Source: an uncultured Chloroflexia bacterium (GTDB taxonomy: Bacteria > Chloroflexota > Limnocylindria > Limnocylindrales > CSP1-4). Taken from it: DNA of 64,000 nucleotides. The notes beneath the pieces were generated by a model that was given only the letters and a program-made list of their open reading frames with translations, ran no database searches and was not told the origin of the DNA. The first letter of the stretch is position 1, and each line of letters opens with the position of its first letter. The position numbers and the translations under genes are program-made. Location: assembly GCA_963842695.1 (NCBI GenBank), contig CAWJHK010000015.1:4834-68833 (forward strand). The letters are read 5' to 3'. Shown here one piece after another: positions 27,325 through 37,358 of this stretch.

Positions 27325-28269
27325 TCAGATCTCGACGACCAGCTTGCCTCGCGTACCGGCCTGAAAGGCTTCGAGCGCGGCGCCGATGTCCGCGAACGGG
27401 AATGTCCGCTGGATCACGACATGCAGCCGGCCGGCGGCGACCTCGTCGGCCAGCCAGGCGAGGTTCTCGGGGGTCGGCATCCCGCGAACGTTCATGGCGG
27501 TGACGCCTCGCGCGGCCAGTGCGTCCACATCTGCAGCACCGAGCGTCGTGGCGACATGTCCGCCGTCGCGAACGAGATCGGCCATCGCAGCGAAGTGGTC
27601 GCCTCGATCGACGAGATCGATGAGTGCCGCGACGCCGTCGGGGTATCGCTCGCGGAGCAGGTCGACCGTGCTCACGCCGGCGTAGTCGACGGTCTCGGCT
27701 GCGCCGAGGGATCGGACGAGCGCCTCCTCATCGCCGGGATGCGCCGTTGCCACCACCGTCGCTCCTCGCTGCGCTGCCAGTTGCACGGCGAATGACCCGA
27801 CGCCACCCGTGGCTCCGACGATAACGGCGACGTCACGGGGCTCCAGCTCGACGGCATCGACGGAGTTCAACGCCGTGACGCCAGCCAGCGGGATGGCGGC
27901 CGCCTGGGCCCAGGACAGCTCGGACGGCTTGCCAGCGATCACCAGCCCCGAACCGCCGACCAACTCACCGAACGCGCCGACCTTCAGCGGTGGGGTGCTC
28001 TGGATGAAGCCGAGAACCTCGTCGCCGATCTGGACGTCACTCCAGCCGGTCCCCACCGACTCCACGACACCGGCGAAGTCCCTGCCCACCACGGTGGGGA
28101 AGTCGTGCTGCATCATCGCGGCGAGGTAACCGCCCGCCTGGAAGATGTCGAACCCGTTGACACTGGCCGCGTGCACTCGGACGACGATCCGGTCGTCGGC
28201 AGGTTCCGGATCCGGGATCTCCATCAGGGCAGCGGGTTGGTCAGGAGCGGCGAGGACGAAGGCCTTCAC
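27325..28269 (-). CDS. NADPH:quinone oxidoreductase / zinc-type alcohol dehydrogenase superfamily (MDR)
   Basis: VKAFVLAAP..RVHAASVNGFD..VVGRDFAGVVESVG..IVGATGGVGSFAVQLA. GTG at 28269 with GAGGA Shine-Dalgarno 5 nt upstream. Confidence 0.85.
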   Translation of the reverse strand: MKAFVLAAPDQPAALMEIPDPEPADDRIVVRVHAASVNGFDIFQAGGYLAAMMQHDFPTVVGRDFAGVVESVGTGWSDVQIGDEVLGFIQSTPPLKVGAFGELVGGSGLVIAGKPSELSWAQAAAIPLAGVTALNSVDAVELEPRDVAVIVGATGGVGSFAVQLAAQRGATVVATAHPGDEEALVRSLGAAETVDYAGVSTVDLLRERYPDGVAALIDLVDRGDHFAAMADLVRDGGHVATTLGAADVDALAARGVTAMNVRGMPTPENLAWLADEVAAGRLHVVIQRTFPFADIGAALEAFQAGTRGKLVVEI

Positions 28270-28389
28270 GGTGATCCTCGAAGCGGGTGGGGCTCGACTA
28301 TACCGCCTTCGTTGCGTTCGCAACGATTCTGGTTCGTCGGGTCCGATTGCGGCATTCGGGCTGAGGCGATCTGCGCCATCCGGCCTGCG

Positions 28390-28896
28390 TCAGATCGCGG
28401 CCAGGCGGCGCCCGAACGTCTCGACTGCGCCTGGACGAAGAACAAACGTCACCCGCTCGATCCCCGTCTCTCCGAGCAGGTGGTCGCGGACCGCACGCAG
28501 GGCGACATCGGCGGCGGTCTCGAGCGGGAAACCGAATGTCCCCGCGCTGATCGCCGGTGAGCAGATCGTCCGGGCCCCGAGATCGTCCGCGACTCGCAGC
28601 GCGCTCTTGTAAGCCGACGCGAGAAGATCGAGCTTGTCCTGTCCGCCAGAGCCCCAAACAGGACCCACGGCATGGATGACCCAACGTGCCGGCAGAGCGT
28701 AGGCGCCGGTGGCCACCGCGCTGCCGGTCGGTGTGCCGGCGGGATACCGGCGGCGCATCTCGCCTGAGAGTTCCGGACCCGCTGCTCTTCGGATGGCCCC
28801 GTCCACGCCACCGCCATGAGCGAAGGCATTGTTCGCTGCGTTCACGATGGCGTCGGCAGCGACGCGCGTGATGTCGCCCTCCACGACCGCCAGCAC
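28390..28896 (-). CDS. Macro-domain protein (O-acetyl-ADP-ribose deacetylase / ADP-ribose binding)
   Basis: VLAVVEGDITRVAADAIVNAANNAFAHGGGVDGAIRRAAG...ISAGTFGFP. Start taken at the GTG at 28896 within ORF 28390..29385. Confidence 0.85.
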   Translation of the reverse strand: MLAVVEGDITRVAADAIVNAANNAFAHGGGVDGAIRRAAGPELSGEMRRRYPAGTPTGSAVATGAYALPARWVIHAVGPVWGSGGQDKLDLLASAYKSALRVADDLGARTICSPAISAGTFGFPLETAADVALRAVRDHLLGETGIERVTFVLRPGAVETFGRRLAAI

Positions 28897-29000
28897 GGAG
28901 TGGCCGAATTCGCGGGTCTTGTCGGGCGGCTCTCCCACAGGCGAAATTCTGCCCGGGTCTGCGGCGGTCCGCCAACTGCGTCGCGGACGTGAGGTCCCAA

Positions 29001-29054
29001 GATTCCGCCGTCCCCAGGATCTCAGATTTCGTCCAGCCGCCACGGATTTCGTCC
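29001..29054. promoter_or_regulatory. Phased direct repeats (GATTTCGTCC x2 plus a degenerate third copy) in the macro / hemerythrin divergent intergenic region
   Basis: GATTTCGTCC at 29025-29034 and 29045-29054 (20-nt phase), and GATTCCGCCGTCC at 29001-29013. All are relatively AT-rich for this DNA. Confidence 0.35.
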
Positions 29055-29167
29055 TCGCGCGGCTTCGGACGGGCCGGTCGCGTTGTTGGGGAGCTTGGTC
29101 GTCGCGTCGGGGCGGCTCTCGTGGAATAGGCTTGTGGACCAGCCATCCCGCCCCAGGAGGTCCATTC

Positions 29168-29890
29168 ATGACCATGGAGTACGTCTCCCTGCCCGGTGAG
29201 ACCGCTCCGCCCGTTCCTGACGGGCCGAAGCTGTGCAACGGCGACGACATGCGCATCCTGCACAACGCGTTCCTGTGGGGATACGAGGTGGCGCCTGGAC
29301 TGGTGCGCGGCGTTCCCCCCGGTGACACGGCTCGCAGCGAGTTCGTCGGGCAGTGGCTCGCCGATCTCGACGCGACGCTGCACACGCATCACGAGAGCGA
29401 AGACGAGTTCCTGTGGGCCAAGCTCGAGCAGCGGGCCCCCGCCTGCGCGCTCCACGTCGCCCAGATGCGCGCTCACCACGCACAGGTCGCGGAGCTGCTC
29501 GAGGAGGCAGCACCGCTCCTCACCCGATGGCGCGCGACGGCCGAGCCGGCGCTCGGCGAACAGCTGGCCGATGCCTACGAGCGGATGCTCGGTGTGCTGA
29601 AGGTGCACCTGCGCCGTGAAGTGGTGGAGGTCGTCCCCGTCGCGGAGCGGGTGGTCACCGCGGAGGAGTGGACGGCGATGGGCGACCACAGCGTCGACGC
29701 GATCCCGAAGAGTCGCCTCCTGCCGCAGCTCGGGACGCTGCTGGCGAACTCCACGCCCGCGGACCGCAAGCTCTTCTACGCGGGCCTGCCCGTCTCCGTG
29801 AGGGTGCTCTGGCGCCTCGTGGGCAGGCGTCAGTACGCGAAGCAGTTCAGGCAACTGTTCCCGGGCGAGCCAGTCCCACCGACCGGCTGA
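29168..29890 (+). CDS. Hemerythrin (HHE cation-binding) domain protein
   Basis: ..DDMRILHNAFLWG.., ..LHTHHESEDEFLW.., ..MRAHHAQV.., ..LKVHLRREV.. are spaced as in hemerythrin-like four-helix bundles. AGGAGG Shine-Dalgarno before the ATG at 29168. Confidence 0.6.
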   Translation: MTMEYVSLPGETAPPVPDGPKLCNGDDMRILHNAFLWGYEVAPGLVRGVPPGDTARSEFVGQWLADLDATLHTHHESEDEFLWAKLEQRAPACALHVAQMRAHHAQVAELLEEAAPLLTRWRATAEPALGEQLADAYERMLGVLKVHLRREVVEVVPVAERVVTAEEWTAMGDHSVDAIPKSRLLPQLGTLLANSTPADRKLFYAGLPVSVRVLWRLVGRRQYAKQFRQLFPGEPVPPTG

Positions 29891-30082
29891 CCGACACCCG
29901 GCGGCGCCAAAGGACAGTTCAGCGGGAGTTCACATGCGGAATTGACCGTCCTATCTGACGCATCGCAGACATAACTCACCTTATCGGAAGTAGTTCTGGC
30001 CCAGACTGGGCGAGATCACGGGCGCTGTGCGGCCATCGGAAACTTCACCAAGGACAGGTAGCGCGCGTCTCGTCGCCCTCGA

Positions 30083-30784
30083 CTACGAGGAACGTGCCGT
30101 CGGCGACTGATCAGCAGCCTGGGACTCGCCAGCGGAGTCGCCATCGAAGTCGGCCTCCCAGGCCGGAGTGACCGCCAGGGACCGAAGGAGGTCACTTTCC
30201 ATCGTCCCGAAGTCCGCGGCCAGCCGTTCCTTGACCTCATCGGGCTCGTCGCCGAGCGTCAGCCGCTCGAACGTATCGATGTACGCGGCGGTGTGCGACG
30301 TCCGATAGCGTTCCAGCCCGCGCACGCGCGTCTCGATCGTGGCGCCGGCGGCGGCGATCTCTTCGTCGCTCAGGCCGCGGACGTCGTTCCACAGGGCGGC
30401 GCGCTCGCGCAGGAGCGACCACTCGGCGCGGGGGCCGCCCGACAACCGGACGAAGATGCGTGGCTCCGCGGCGGCGAGGAGGAGGCCACCCCACGCAGCC
30501 ACGATGAGGGCCGCCCGGATCCAACCCATCTCGAGGACCAGCGGGATCACCTGCATGGCCAGGGCGAGCCCCGCCAGCGCCAGGGCGGCCACGATCCCGA
30601 TCGGTCGCGCGCCCCAGGCCCGGATCTCCCTGATCGCCCAGCGCGTCAGCACCACGACGACGACCGCCACGGCCACCGACGCCGCCAGGTGCAGGGGCGA
30701 CGACTGAAGCGTGAGGGCCGCCATGAACGTCGCGACCGTGGCGGCCGTGAGCACCAGGATCGAGTTGGCGCGCAGCCAGCGCAT
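30083..30784 (-). CDS. Hypothetical membrane protein (3-4 TM segments plus acidic soluble tail)
   Basis: MRWLRANSILVLTAATVATFMAAL..VAVAVVVVVLTRW..IGIVAALALAGLALAMQVIPLVL... Internal ATG of ORF 30083..31444. Confidence 0.5.
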   Translation of the reverse strand: MRWLRANSILVLTAATVATFMAALTLQSSPLHLAASVAVAVVVVVLTRWAIREIRAWGARPIGIVAALALAGLALAMQVIPLVLEMGWIRAALIVAAWGGLLLAAAEPRIFVRLSGGPRAEWSLLRERAALWNDVRGLSDEEIAAAGATIETRVRGLERYRTSHTAAYIDTFERLTLGDEPDEVKERLAADFGTMESDLLRSLAVTPAWEADFDGDSAGESQAADQSPTARSS

Positions 30785-30831
30785 CGCACCATCGTCGGTG
30801 CGACCGGCAGGGAGCGTCAACGACGGCCGCG

Positions 30832-32290
30832 TCACGAGGCCACCGGGACTGCGACGCGCATCACGTCGAGCAGCTCGTTGCGTGGCGGACCGGCGGGCGA
30901 CCGGCGAGCGCCGATCAGCAGCAGCTGCCAGAACCGCTCGAGCTTCTCGAGCAGCGCCGGGTCGCCGTCGAGCACGGCTAGGGGATCGAGGAAGGTATTG
31001 CGACGTGCGAGGGCCCGCGCCAGGTCGCCGTCGGCGAGCGATGCCACACCGGTCGCGCCGTACGTGAAGAAGGCGTAGGCGTCCCCCGCGCGGTGGCTGT
31101 AGTCGATCGACTCCCCGGCCCACAGGCGCGTCCGTGTGTCGTCGATCTCGCTGACGTAGACGAACCGCTCCTCCATCTCGGGCCGGGCGAGCGCCTCGAA
31201 CGCCAGCGCGGCTCCAGCAGGATCGCCACCGGCGTCGCGCACCGCCGTGACCAGGTGCCGCGCGTGGATGAGTGCGAACGACAGGCCGAGCGACAGCGCG
31301 GGGTCCGTGTGCACGATCGCGTCGCCGATGCCGACCAGCCCGATGACCGGCGGCCGCCCGTCCTCGACCGAGCGGATCGTGTTCTGGAGGCTTCCCATCG
31401 GCATGACGTCGGTGATCGGCTCGGCGGTATCGGCGTTCGTCCACGCATCGAGCGCCGGCATCGTCGCGACCGCCGCCTCGAAGGCCCGGCTGTCACGGAC
31501 GACCTTGAGCGCCTGGTCGGCCGGCGGGGTCGCGATCAGCGCGCAGAACGTCCGGTTGTCGCCCGGGAACGTCGTGAATGCCGCGTAGCCGAGGTCGCCG
31601 CGCGGGCCGGGCACCGATGGGCTGTCGGCCAGGGTCACCCCCTCGCGCGTCCGGTAGTAGCGGCAGTAGTAGATGATCGAGCAATCGTTCGTCCGCTCGG
31701 GCATCGGCCGAGCGCCGGCGGCCGCGATCCATGACGGCGTCGGGGTCCGGCGACCCATGGCATCGATGACGAGATCGGCGTCGATCGTGCCGTCGCCGGT
31801 CTGGACGCCCGTGACGCGCGGCCGATCGGCACTCCCCTTCCCCGGCCGTGTCGTGAGACCGGTCGCCACGGTGCGATCCACCACGCGGATCCCGGGCTCG
31901 GCCGCGATGGCGCGGCGGAGGGCCCACTCGATGAGGGGCCGGCGGACGGCCAGGAAGATGAGCTCCGCGTCGTCCGGGCGGATCTTCCCCTCCCCTGAGC
32001 TTCGGTCGCAGGTCGAGGTCCCAGGCCCCCGCGGCGATCAGCGCCTCGTGCACGTCGGGAAACAGCCTGATCATCTCCTTCCGCCCGCGCGGCGTGAAGG
32101 CATGCGGCTGCTGGAAATGCGGAATGCCCTTGCGCTGCCAGCCGAGCGCGTCGAGCGGGCCGCCGAAGGTCACCTCGTCGCGTTCGACCAGCGTCACGGC
32201 CTGGCCGTCACGCGCGAGCGCGAGCGCCGCCGAAAGGCCCGCCACGCCGCCGCCAAGGATGACCACTGGGCGCCGCGCTACGGTGCTCAT
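30832..32290 (-). pseudogene. NAD(P)/FAD-dependent oxidoreductase, one frame break near 31990
   Basis: N-terminal RRPVVILGGGVAGLSAALALARDGQAVTLVERD (ORF 31493..32290) continues as ..KIRPDDAELIFLAVRRPLIEWALRRAIAAEPGIRVVDRTV.. (frame of ORF 30832..31884). The break lies in the CCCC.CCCC run at 31987-31995. Confidence 0.7.
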
Positions 32291-32342
32291 GACAGCGGCC
32301 GATCGAGCGGGCGACGGTGCGCCATGGGCAGTCGAGGGCGGA

Positions 32343-32594
32343 TCAGGTCCGGATCAGGCTCCGGCCTGCTCCGTGGCGTGCTTCTGCATGCGCGTCGATC
32401 AGCGCCCGTGCCTGCTCGTGGTCCTTCTCGTTGGGATGGTCGTGGTCGGCCACGATCCCGCAGTAGACGTCGTGGATCGCCCGGCTCATCGTGTCCTCGT
32501 CGGCGACCGCGAGGCCGAACTCGTGGATCCGTCGGACCGTGTCGCTGCCCTCGGGTAGATGCATCGCCTCGATCAGGCTCTGCTGCATCGTCAT
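32343..32594 (-). CDS. Small hypothetical protein (83 aa, His/Asp/Glu-rich)
   Basis: MTMQQSLIEAMHLPEGSDTVRRIHEFGLAVADEDTMSRAIHDVYCGIVADHDHPNEKDHEQ... GAGGAGG Shine-Dalgarno 8 nt before the ATG at 32594. Confidence 0.45.
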   Translation of the reverse strand: MTMQQSLIEAMHLPEGSDTVRRIHEFGLAVADEDTMSRAIHDVYCGIVADHDHPNEKDHEQARALIDAHAEARHGAGRSLIRT

Positions 32595-32667
32595 GTGGTC
32601 CGCCTCCTCGCAGGTCAATGGGCGGTCAAGGGTACGCCGGGCGCGAGCGGATGGGAACCCGGTGAGG

Positions 32668-34118
32668 CTACCCGGAGGCGTCCAGGATGTCGGCAACCGA
32701 CTCGGCCGTCTCGAGCGCCCCTTCGACCCAGCCCTGCGCACGCGAGAACGCCTCGCCGCAGACGAACAGCTCGCTGCCCGGGATCGGCTGGATGGCCCTG
32801 CGCATCACGTCGTCGGACACGGCACCGGCCCGCCAGAAGGACCAGCCCGTCTCGTGCGGGTCGCCTCCCCACGAGCTGTACGCGGAGCCCATCGGTGCCG
32901 GGAGGTCCGTCACCGTCGGGTGCAGGAGTCGGAGGTAACGCAGGGTTTCGGCCAGCAACCGGTCGGGCGCCGGCGACCCGTGAGGCCCGGACCCATCGAG
33001 GAGCTGCCGCCACGGTTCGGCGTGCCGTCCGTCCGTGTAGGCCGCGAGCAACGCCGCCGGTCGATCCGGGTCGGCGCCGAAGTAATACAGCTTCCGCGGC
33101 GGCAGATCCGTCGTCATCCGATGGAGGTCTCCGTGGTCGCGCCACCAAGGTCGCTCGTACCAGAGGTAGACCTTGACGGCCGGGAACGCCTCGACCGATC
33201 CGAGGATCTGGCCGAACGCCGGGGCGTCGAGCGCGCGCGCGCCGGTCACCAGCTGCCGCAACGCGGGAACGGGCACCGTGAGGACCAGGCGCCGTGCAGC
33301 GACCTCCGCGCCGTTCGCGAACCGCAGCCGATGGCCGGAACCGTCGATCACATGTCCGACGAGCTCGTGTTCGAGGCGAACAACCCCGCCGGCCGCGACG
33401 AACGCCGTGGCCATGGCCCGCGGGATCGCATCCATGCCGTCGTCGGGCACCCGGGCCTCGGCGGTCGGATTCGCCGCCACCGACCAGGTACTGGATCCCA
33501 TCGGCGAGGTTGAACGCGCGAAGGCCGGAGTCATAGCCGAACGAAATCCCCGACGAACCGATGGCCTTCCTGGCTCAGGACCGAAGCGAGGGCCTCGCCG
33601 AGCGTCCACTCGGTAGTCGGGCGACCGCGATACCGGCCGTGCGCCCGGACCCAAGCCCAGTCCTCAGAGGTCATGCGCGTCGCACCGGGCACGATCCGCT
33701 CGAACGCGGAGACGCCGAGTTCCGCGGCCGGGCGACCACGTTCGACGTCGGCGAGCACATAGCCGTCGCCCGCACTCGGGTCGTCCGGACCGCGCCCGAC
33801 GTGGCCGCGCAGGAACGACCGCTGCGCACCGCCGGTCGGGTCGAACGGATGCGTGGCGAGGTCGAACCGCCGGACCACCTCGATCACCCGCCGATGGCTG
33901 GTCAGGTAGCGCATGCCGCCGAGCTCGATCGGGTGCTCGAGGCCGGCAACACGCAACGATCGGAGGCGCCCGCCGATCCGGTCCGTCCGCTCGAACACGG
34001 CGACCGACCATTCGGGGTGCGCCCGTTTGGTTCGCTCGGCGACGAACGATCCCGCGGCGCCGGCGCCGATGACCGCCAGGTCGATGACGCTCGCGTCTGC
34101 CGGTCCGTTCACGGCCAC
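32668..34118 (-). pseudogene. Flavin-containing amine oxidase-family oxidoreductase, frame breaks near 33542 and 33470
   Basis: The dinucleotide fold DLAVIGAGAAGSFVAERT..VAVFERTDRIGGRLRS..GGMRY (ORF 33531..34118) is followed by a short piece FGYDSGLRAFNLADGIQYLVGGG in the third frame. The sequence then continues ..PDDGMDAIPRAMA..LFVCGEAFSRAQGWVEGALETAE (ORF 32668..33654). Confidence 0.75.
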
Positions 34119-34196
34119 CTCCTCCTCGCTCCCCGCCCCGGCCGTAGGGAGCCCCGCGCCGCCGAGGATAGCCGGCTGCCGGGCCGAACCGTCTCG

Positions 34197-34850
34197 TCAG
34201 CCCGTCGCGCGGCCGACCTCGACGCGGACGATCTGCCCGGCGATGACCGACAGTCGCACGACGTCCCCTGCCTGGAATGGCCCGCCCAGGATCGTCTGGC
34301 GGCGGTTGTAGCCGGGCATGATCGAGCCATCCGAGAAGCAGAAGCGCTGGGCATCGATGACGAGGCACTCGGACTTGCCGCGCTCTTCGATCATGACGGG
34401 GCCTTCGACCACCGTGGCCTGGCCGTCGAGCAGCTGGCGCTGCAGGTCGAACGCGGCGATCATCGGCAGCCCGGTCCCGGCCGCCAGCACGAGCGCGAAG
34501 AGGCCGACGATCATGCCTCCGGCCCCGTATTGCACGCGGCGCGGAGGTCGAGGCTGGTAGTGATCGGAGCCGTCGTCCTCGTCGACGGTCGGCCTGTTCG
34601 ACCACTCGAGCGCCGCCACGACGGCCGTCCCCGCCACGACCGCGAGGGCGAACGCCCATAGCTCGCCGAGCAGCCACACCACCACGAGCAGGCCGGCGCC
34701 GATGCCGAGGACGAGCGGCCATCGGGCGACGACCACGTCGGAGTCCCACAGCCCGACGGCGATGACGACCACCAGCACGATCGCGGCGACCACGCCGACC
34801 CCCAGCTGCGGCAGCCGCTCCGAGACGTCGAAGACGACCTCGTAGGTCAC
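34197..34850 (-). CDS. Hypothetical membrane protein
   Basis: VTYEVVFDVSERLPQLGVGVVAAIVLVVVIAVGLW.. has four hydrophobic segments and then a soluble C-terminus. Start taken at the GTG at 34850 inside ORF 34197..35027. Confidence 0.5.
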   Translation of the reverse strand: MTYEVVFDVSERLPQLGVGVVAAIVLVVVIAVGLWDSDVVVARWPLVLGIGAGLLVVVWLLGELWAFALAVVAGTAVVAALEWSNRPTVDEDDGSDHYQPRPPRRVQYGAGGMIVGLFALVLAAGTGLPMIAAFDLQRQLLDGQATVVEGPVMIEERGKSECLVIDAQRFCFSDGSIMPGYNRRQTILGGPFQAGDVVRLSVIAGQIVRVEVGRATG

Positions 34851-34888
34851 CCGCCCAGTGTGCCGTTCCCCCAGTCCGGCCGCAGGTC

Positions 34889-36076
34889 TCAGGCGACGCG
34901 CCCCGCCCCTAGCGCGGCCCGCACCGCGTAGACCCGGGGCACCAGGCCGGTCATCGCCGGGTAGCGGGCCTCGACCGCCTCGCGGAGCGCGTCGACGGCG
35001 TCGTCCCGGAGGAAGTTGACCGTGCATCCGCCGAAGCCGGCACCGGTCAGCCGGGCACCGACGACGCCGGGCACCGACGCGGCGATCTCGACGAGCGCGT
35101 CCAGCGGCCCCGAGCTGACCCGGAAGTCGTCGCGCAGGGAGCGGTGGCTGGCGAACAGCGCCTCGCCGACCGTCTCGAGATCGCCCGCCGCGAGCGCGGC
35201 GACCGTCGTTTGGACCCGGGCATCCTCGGTGACGACGTGCCTCGCGAGGCGGTAGGCCTCGTCGTCGAGCCGTTCACGGGCCTGCTCCAGCAGCTCCGGC
35301 GTCGCGTCGCGTAGCGCCCGGACCCCTGGATCGAAGGTCCCGAGGATCTCGACCGCCCGGTCGCACGCGGCTCGCCGCGCGTTGTACTCGGAGGTGGCCA
35401 GCGTCCGCGGCGCCCCGGAATGGCAGATGACGAGGCGCGTCGCGGCCGGCAACGGCACGGCCCGGTGCTCCAGGCTCCGGCAGTCGAGCAGCAGTGCATG
35501 GTCGGCGACGCCGAACGAGACGGCGAACTGGTCCATCAGCCCGCACGCCACGCCGACGAACTCGTTCTCGGCGCGCTGGGCGAGCCTCGCGAGGGCCATC
35601 GTGTCGGTCGCCGGGCGCTCGCCCGCCGACAGCGCCCAGGCCGCCGCCAGCTCGAGCGCGGCCGACGACGACAGCCCCGCCCCGACCGGCAGGTCCGAGG
35701 CGAGGACCCCGCGGAAACCCGTCCGCGGCAGACCCGCCGCCGCCATCGCCCAGGCCATCCCGGTCACGTAGTCGATCCAGCGACCGGCCGCCGGCTGGAG
35801 GTCGTCGAGACCGAACGCGGAGCGCTCGCCGGTGTCGAGGCGGGTGAGCTCGACGCTCCGGTCGGCCGTCGGGACCAGCGCGATGCTGATGCCCCGGTCG
35901 ATGGCGGCCGGCAGCACGAACCCGTCGTTGTAATCGGTGTGCTCGCCGATGAGGTTCACCCGACCCGGGGCGTGGACGACCCGGATGCTCGCGGGCTCAG
36001 CGGCGGCGACAGCGTCGATCGCCACCAGCCGGTCGGCCAGCTCGGCGGCGGGAGGGTGCATTCCGTCGGCGATCAC
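34889..36076 (-). CDS. galK: Galactokinase
   Basis: GRVNLIGEHTDYNDGFVLPAAI, the GHMP motif PVGAGLSSSAALE, and ..ARLTGAGFGGC... Intact 395 aa. Confidence 0.95.
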   Translation of the reverse strand: MIADGMHPPAAELADRLVAIDAVAAAEPASIRVVHAPGRVNLIGEHTDYNDGFVLPAAIDRGISIALVPTADRSVELTRLDTGERSAFGLDDLQPAAGRWIDYVTGMAWAMAAAGLPRTGFRGVLASDLPVGAGLSSSAALELAAAWALSAGERPATDTMALARLAQRAENEFVGVACGLMDQFAVSFGVADHALLLDCRSLEHRAVPLPAATRLVICHSGAPRTLATSEYNARRAACDRAVEILGTFDPGVRALRDATPELLEQARERLDDEAYRLARHVVTEDARVQTTVAALAAGDLETVGEALFASHRSLRDDFRVSSGPLDALVEIAASVPGVVGARLTGAGFGGCTVNFLRDDAVDALREAVEARYPAMTGLVPRVYAVRAALGAGRVA

Positions 36077-36170
36077 GAGGTGCAGCCTAGCGAAGCCTGC
36101 GTGGCCCGAAGGGAACGACCCGTGGACTGGCCCCGATGCCCCGGGCCGAACACGCGACGAAGCTCGGCGG

Positions 36171-37154
36171 TCAGACGTTGCTGCCGGTGACGATGACGAG
36201 GACCGGCCCGTCCGGACGTGGAGCCGCGAGCAGGCCGGCCCACGAGGCTGCGGCAGCTCCCTCGACCGTGATCCCGAGCTCCTCGGTGAGGATCGCCTGC
36301 GTGGCGTGGAGATCCGCTTCGGATACGACCCGCATCTCGTGGACCCGCCCGGTCATCCGCTCGACCGCGGCGGGGACGGCGACCCGGCTGGCGATCCCGT
36401 CGGCGTACGTCTCCGCGGATTCGGTGTCGATCGCACGGCCGGCCTGGAAGCTGAGGGTCATCGCCCGGGCACCCTCGGCCTGGATGCCTACGACGCGACA
36501 GGCCGGGAGCTCCGCATGCAGCCACGCGCCGACACCGTTGATGAGGGCGCCATTGCCGACCGGGACCGAGGCCACGACGGGCGACGGCAGGTCGCCGGCA
36601 GCCACCGCGTCGGTCAGCTCGAGGGCCATCGTCGCGGCGCCGGTCGAGATCCGCGGATCGTCACCGTCGACGAGCAGCTCGACGGGGTGCTCCGCGGCAT
36701 GAGCCTCCGAGGCCTCCCGGGCCGTGTCGACGTTCTCCCCCACCTCGATGACGTTCGCTCCGAGGGCGCGCATCCGCTCGACCTTGCCGCGGTTGGCATT
36801 GCGGGACACGAACACGATCGAGGGAACGCCCAACGCGCGAGCGGCGTAGGCCACGCCCTGGCCGAAGTTGCCGGCCGAGCAGCAGACGATCGGGCGATCC
36901 GCGGCGACCCTCCCCTCCCCCGCCAGGGCCTGGATGGCCAGCCACGTCCCCCGGCCCTTGAACGAGCGGATGGGATTGACCGTCTCGACCTTGACCACGA
37001 CCGGCACGCCGAGCCGGTCGGACAGGCCCTGGTGGACGAACTGCGGCGAGTCGAGGAAGGCGCGATCGATCCGTTTGTGAGCTGCACGGATCGCCGCGGG
37101 TTCGAGCTCGGGGACGGCGATCACGGGGGCGTCGTTCCCCGGGTCACGCGGCAC
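36171..37154 (-). CDS. PLP-dependent threonine/serine dehydratase-family enzyme
   Basis: VKVETVNPIRSFKGRG (PLP lysine), CCSAGNFGQGVAYAA, ..VPVGNGALINGV... The start is uncertain (GTG 37154 or a downstream GTG). Confidence 0.85.
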   Translation of the reverse strand: MPRDPGNDAPVIAVPELEPAAIRAAHKRIDRAFLDSPQFVHQGLSDRLGVPVVVKVETVNPIRSFKGRGTWLAIQALAGEGRVAADRPIVCCSAGNFGQGVAYAARALGVPSIVFVSRNANRGKVERMRALGANVIEVGENVDTAREASEAHAAEHPVELLVDGDDPRISTGAATMALELTDAVAAGDLPSPVVASVPVGNGALINGVGAWLHAELPACRVVGIQAEGARAMTLSFQAGRAIDTESAETYADGIASRVAVPAAVERMTGRVHEMRVVSEADLHATQAILTEELGITVEGAAAASWAGLLAAPRPDGPVLVIVTGSNV

Positions 37155-37358
37155 AAACTAGAAACGCCCGAAGGAACTACCGGTCCGTAGTTAGCACCGC
37201 TGATTTGCATCCGCGACACTACTTTCGGTCCAGAGCCCCTTCGAGCAAGGCCTACGATAGCCGACGCCTCGCGCCCGTGGCTACGGACTTATCCACGAGT
37301 TTCTCGGGAAGATGCGGCGGATTCGCGGCCTTGTCCACAGCGAATCCACGACGGGCGG

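Noticed and set aside
28298-29854. 518-aa ORF on the minus strand spanning the macro and hemerythrin loci
   Set aside because: It has no motifs and overlaps two better-supported genes in other frames or on the other strand.
29891-30082. Low-GC spacer between convergent genes, as a possible tRNA, ncRNA or element boundary
   Set aside because: I could find no tRNA cloverleaf or T-loop, no known ncRNA signature, and no repeats matching elsewhere in the window.
37155-37358. Relatively AT-rich 204-nt gap upstream of the dehydratase gene, as a possible riboswitch or tRNA
   Set aside because: It contains only an 8-bp hairpin (37319-37348, a likely terminator of the upstream gene) and a short stem. 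No recognisable RNA family was found.
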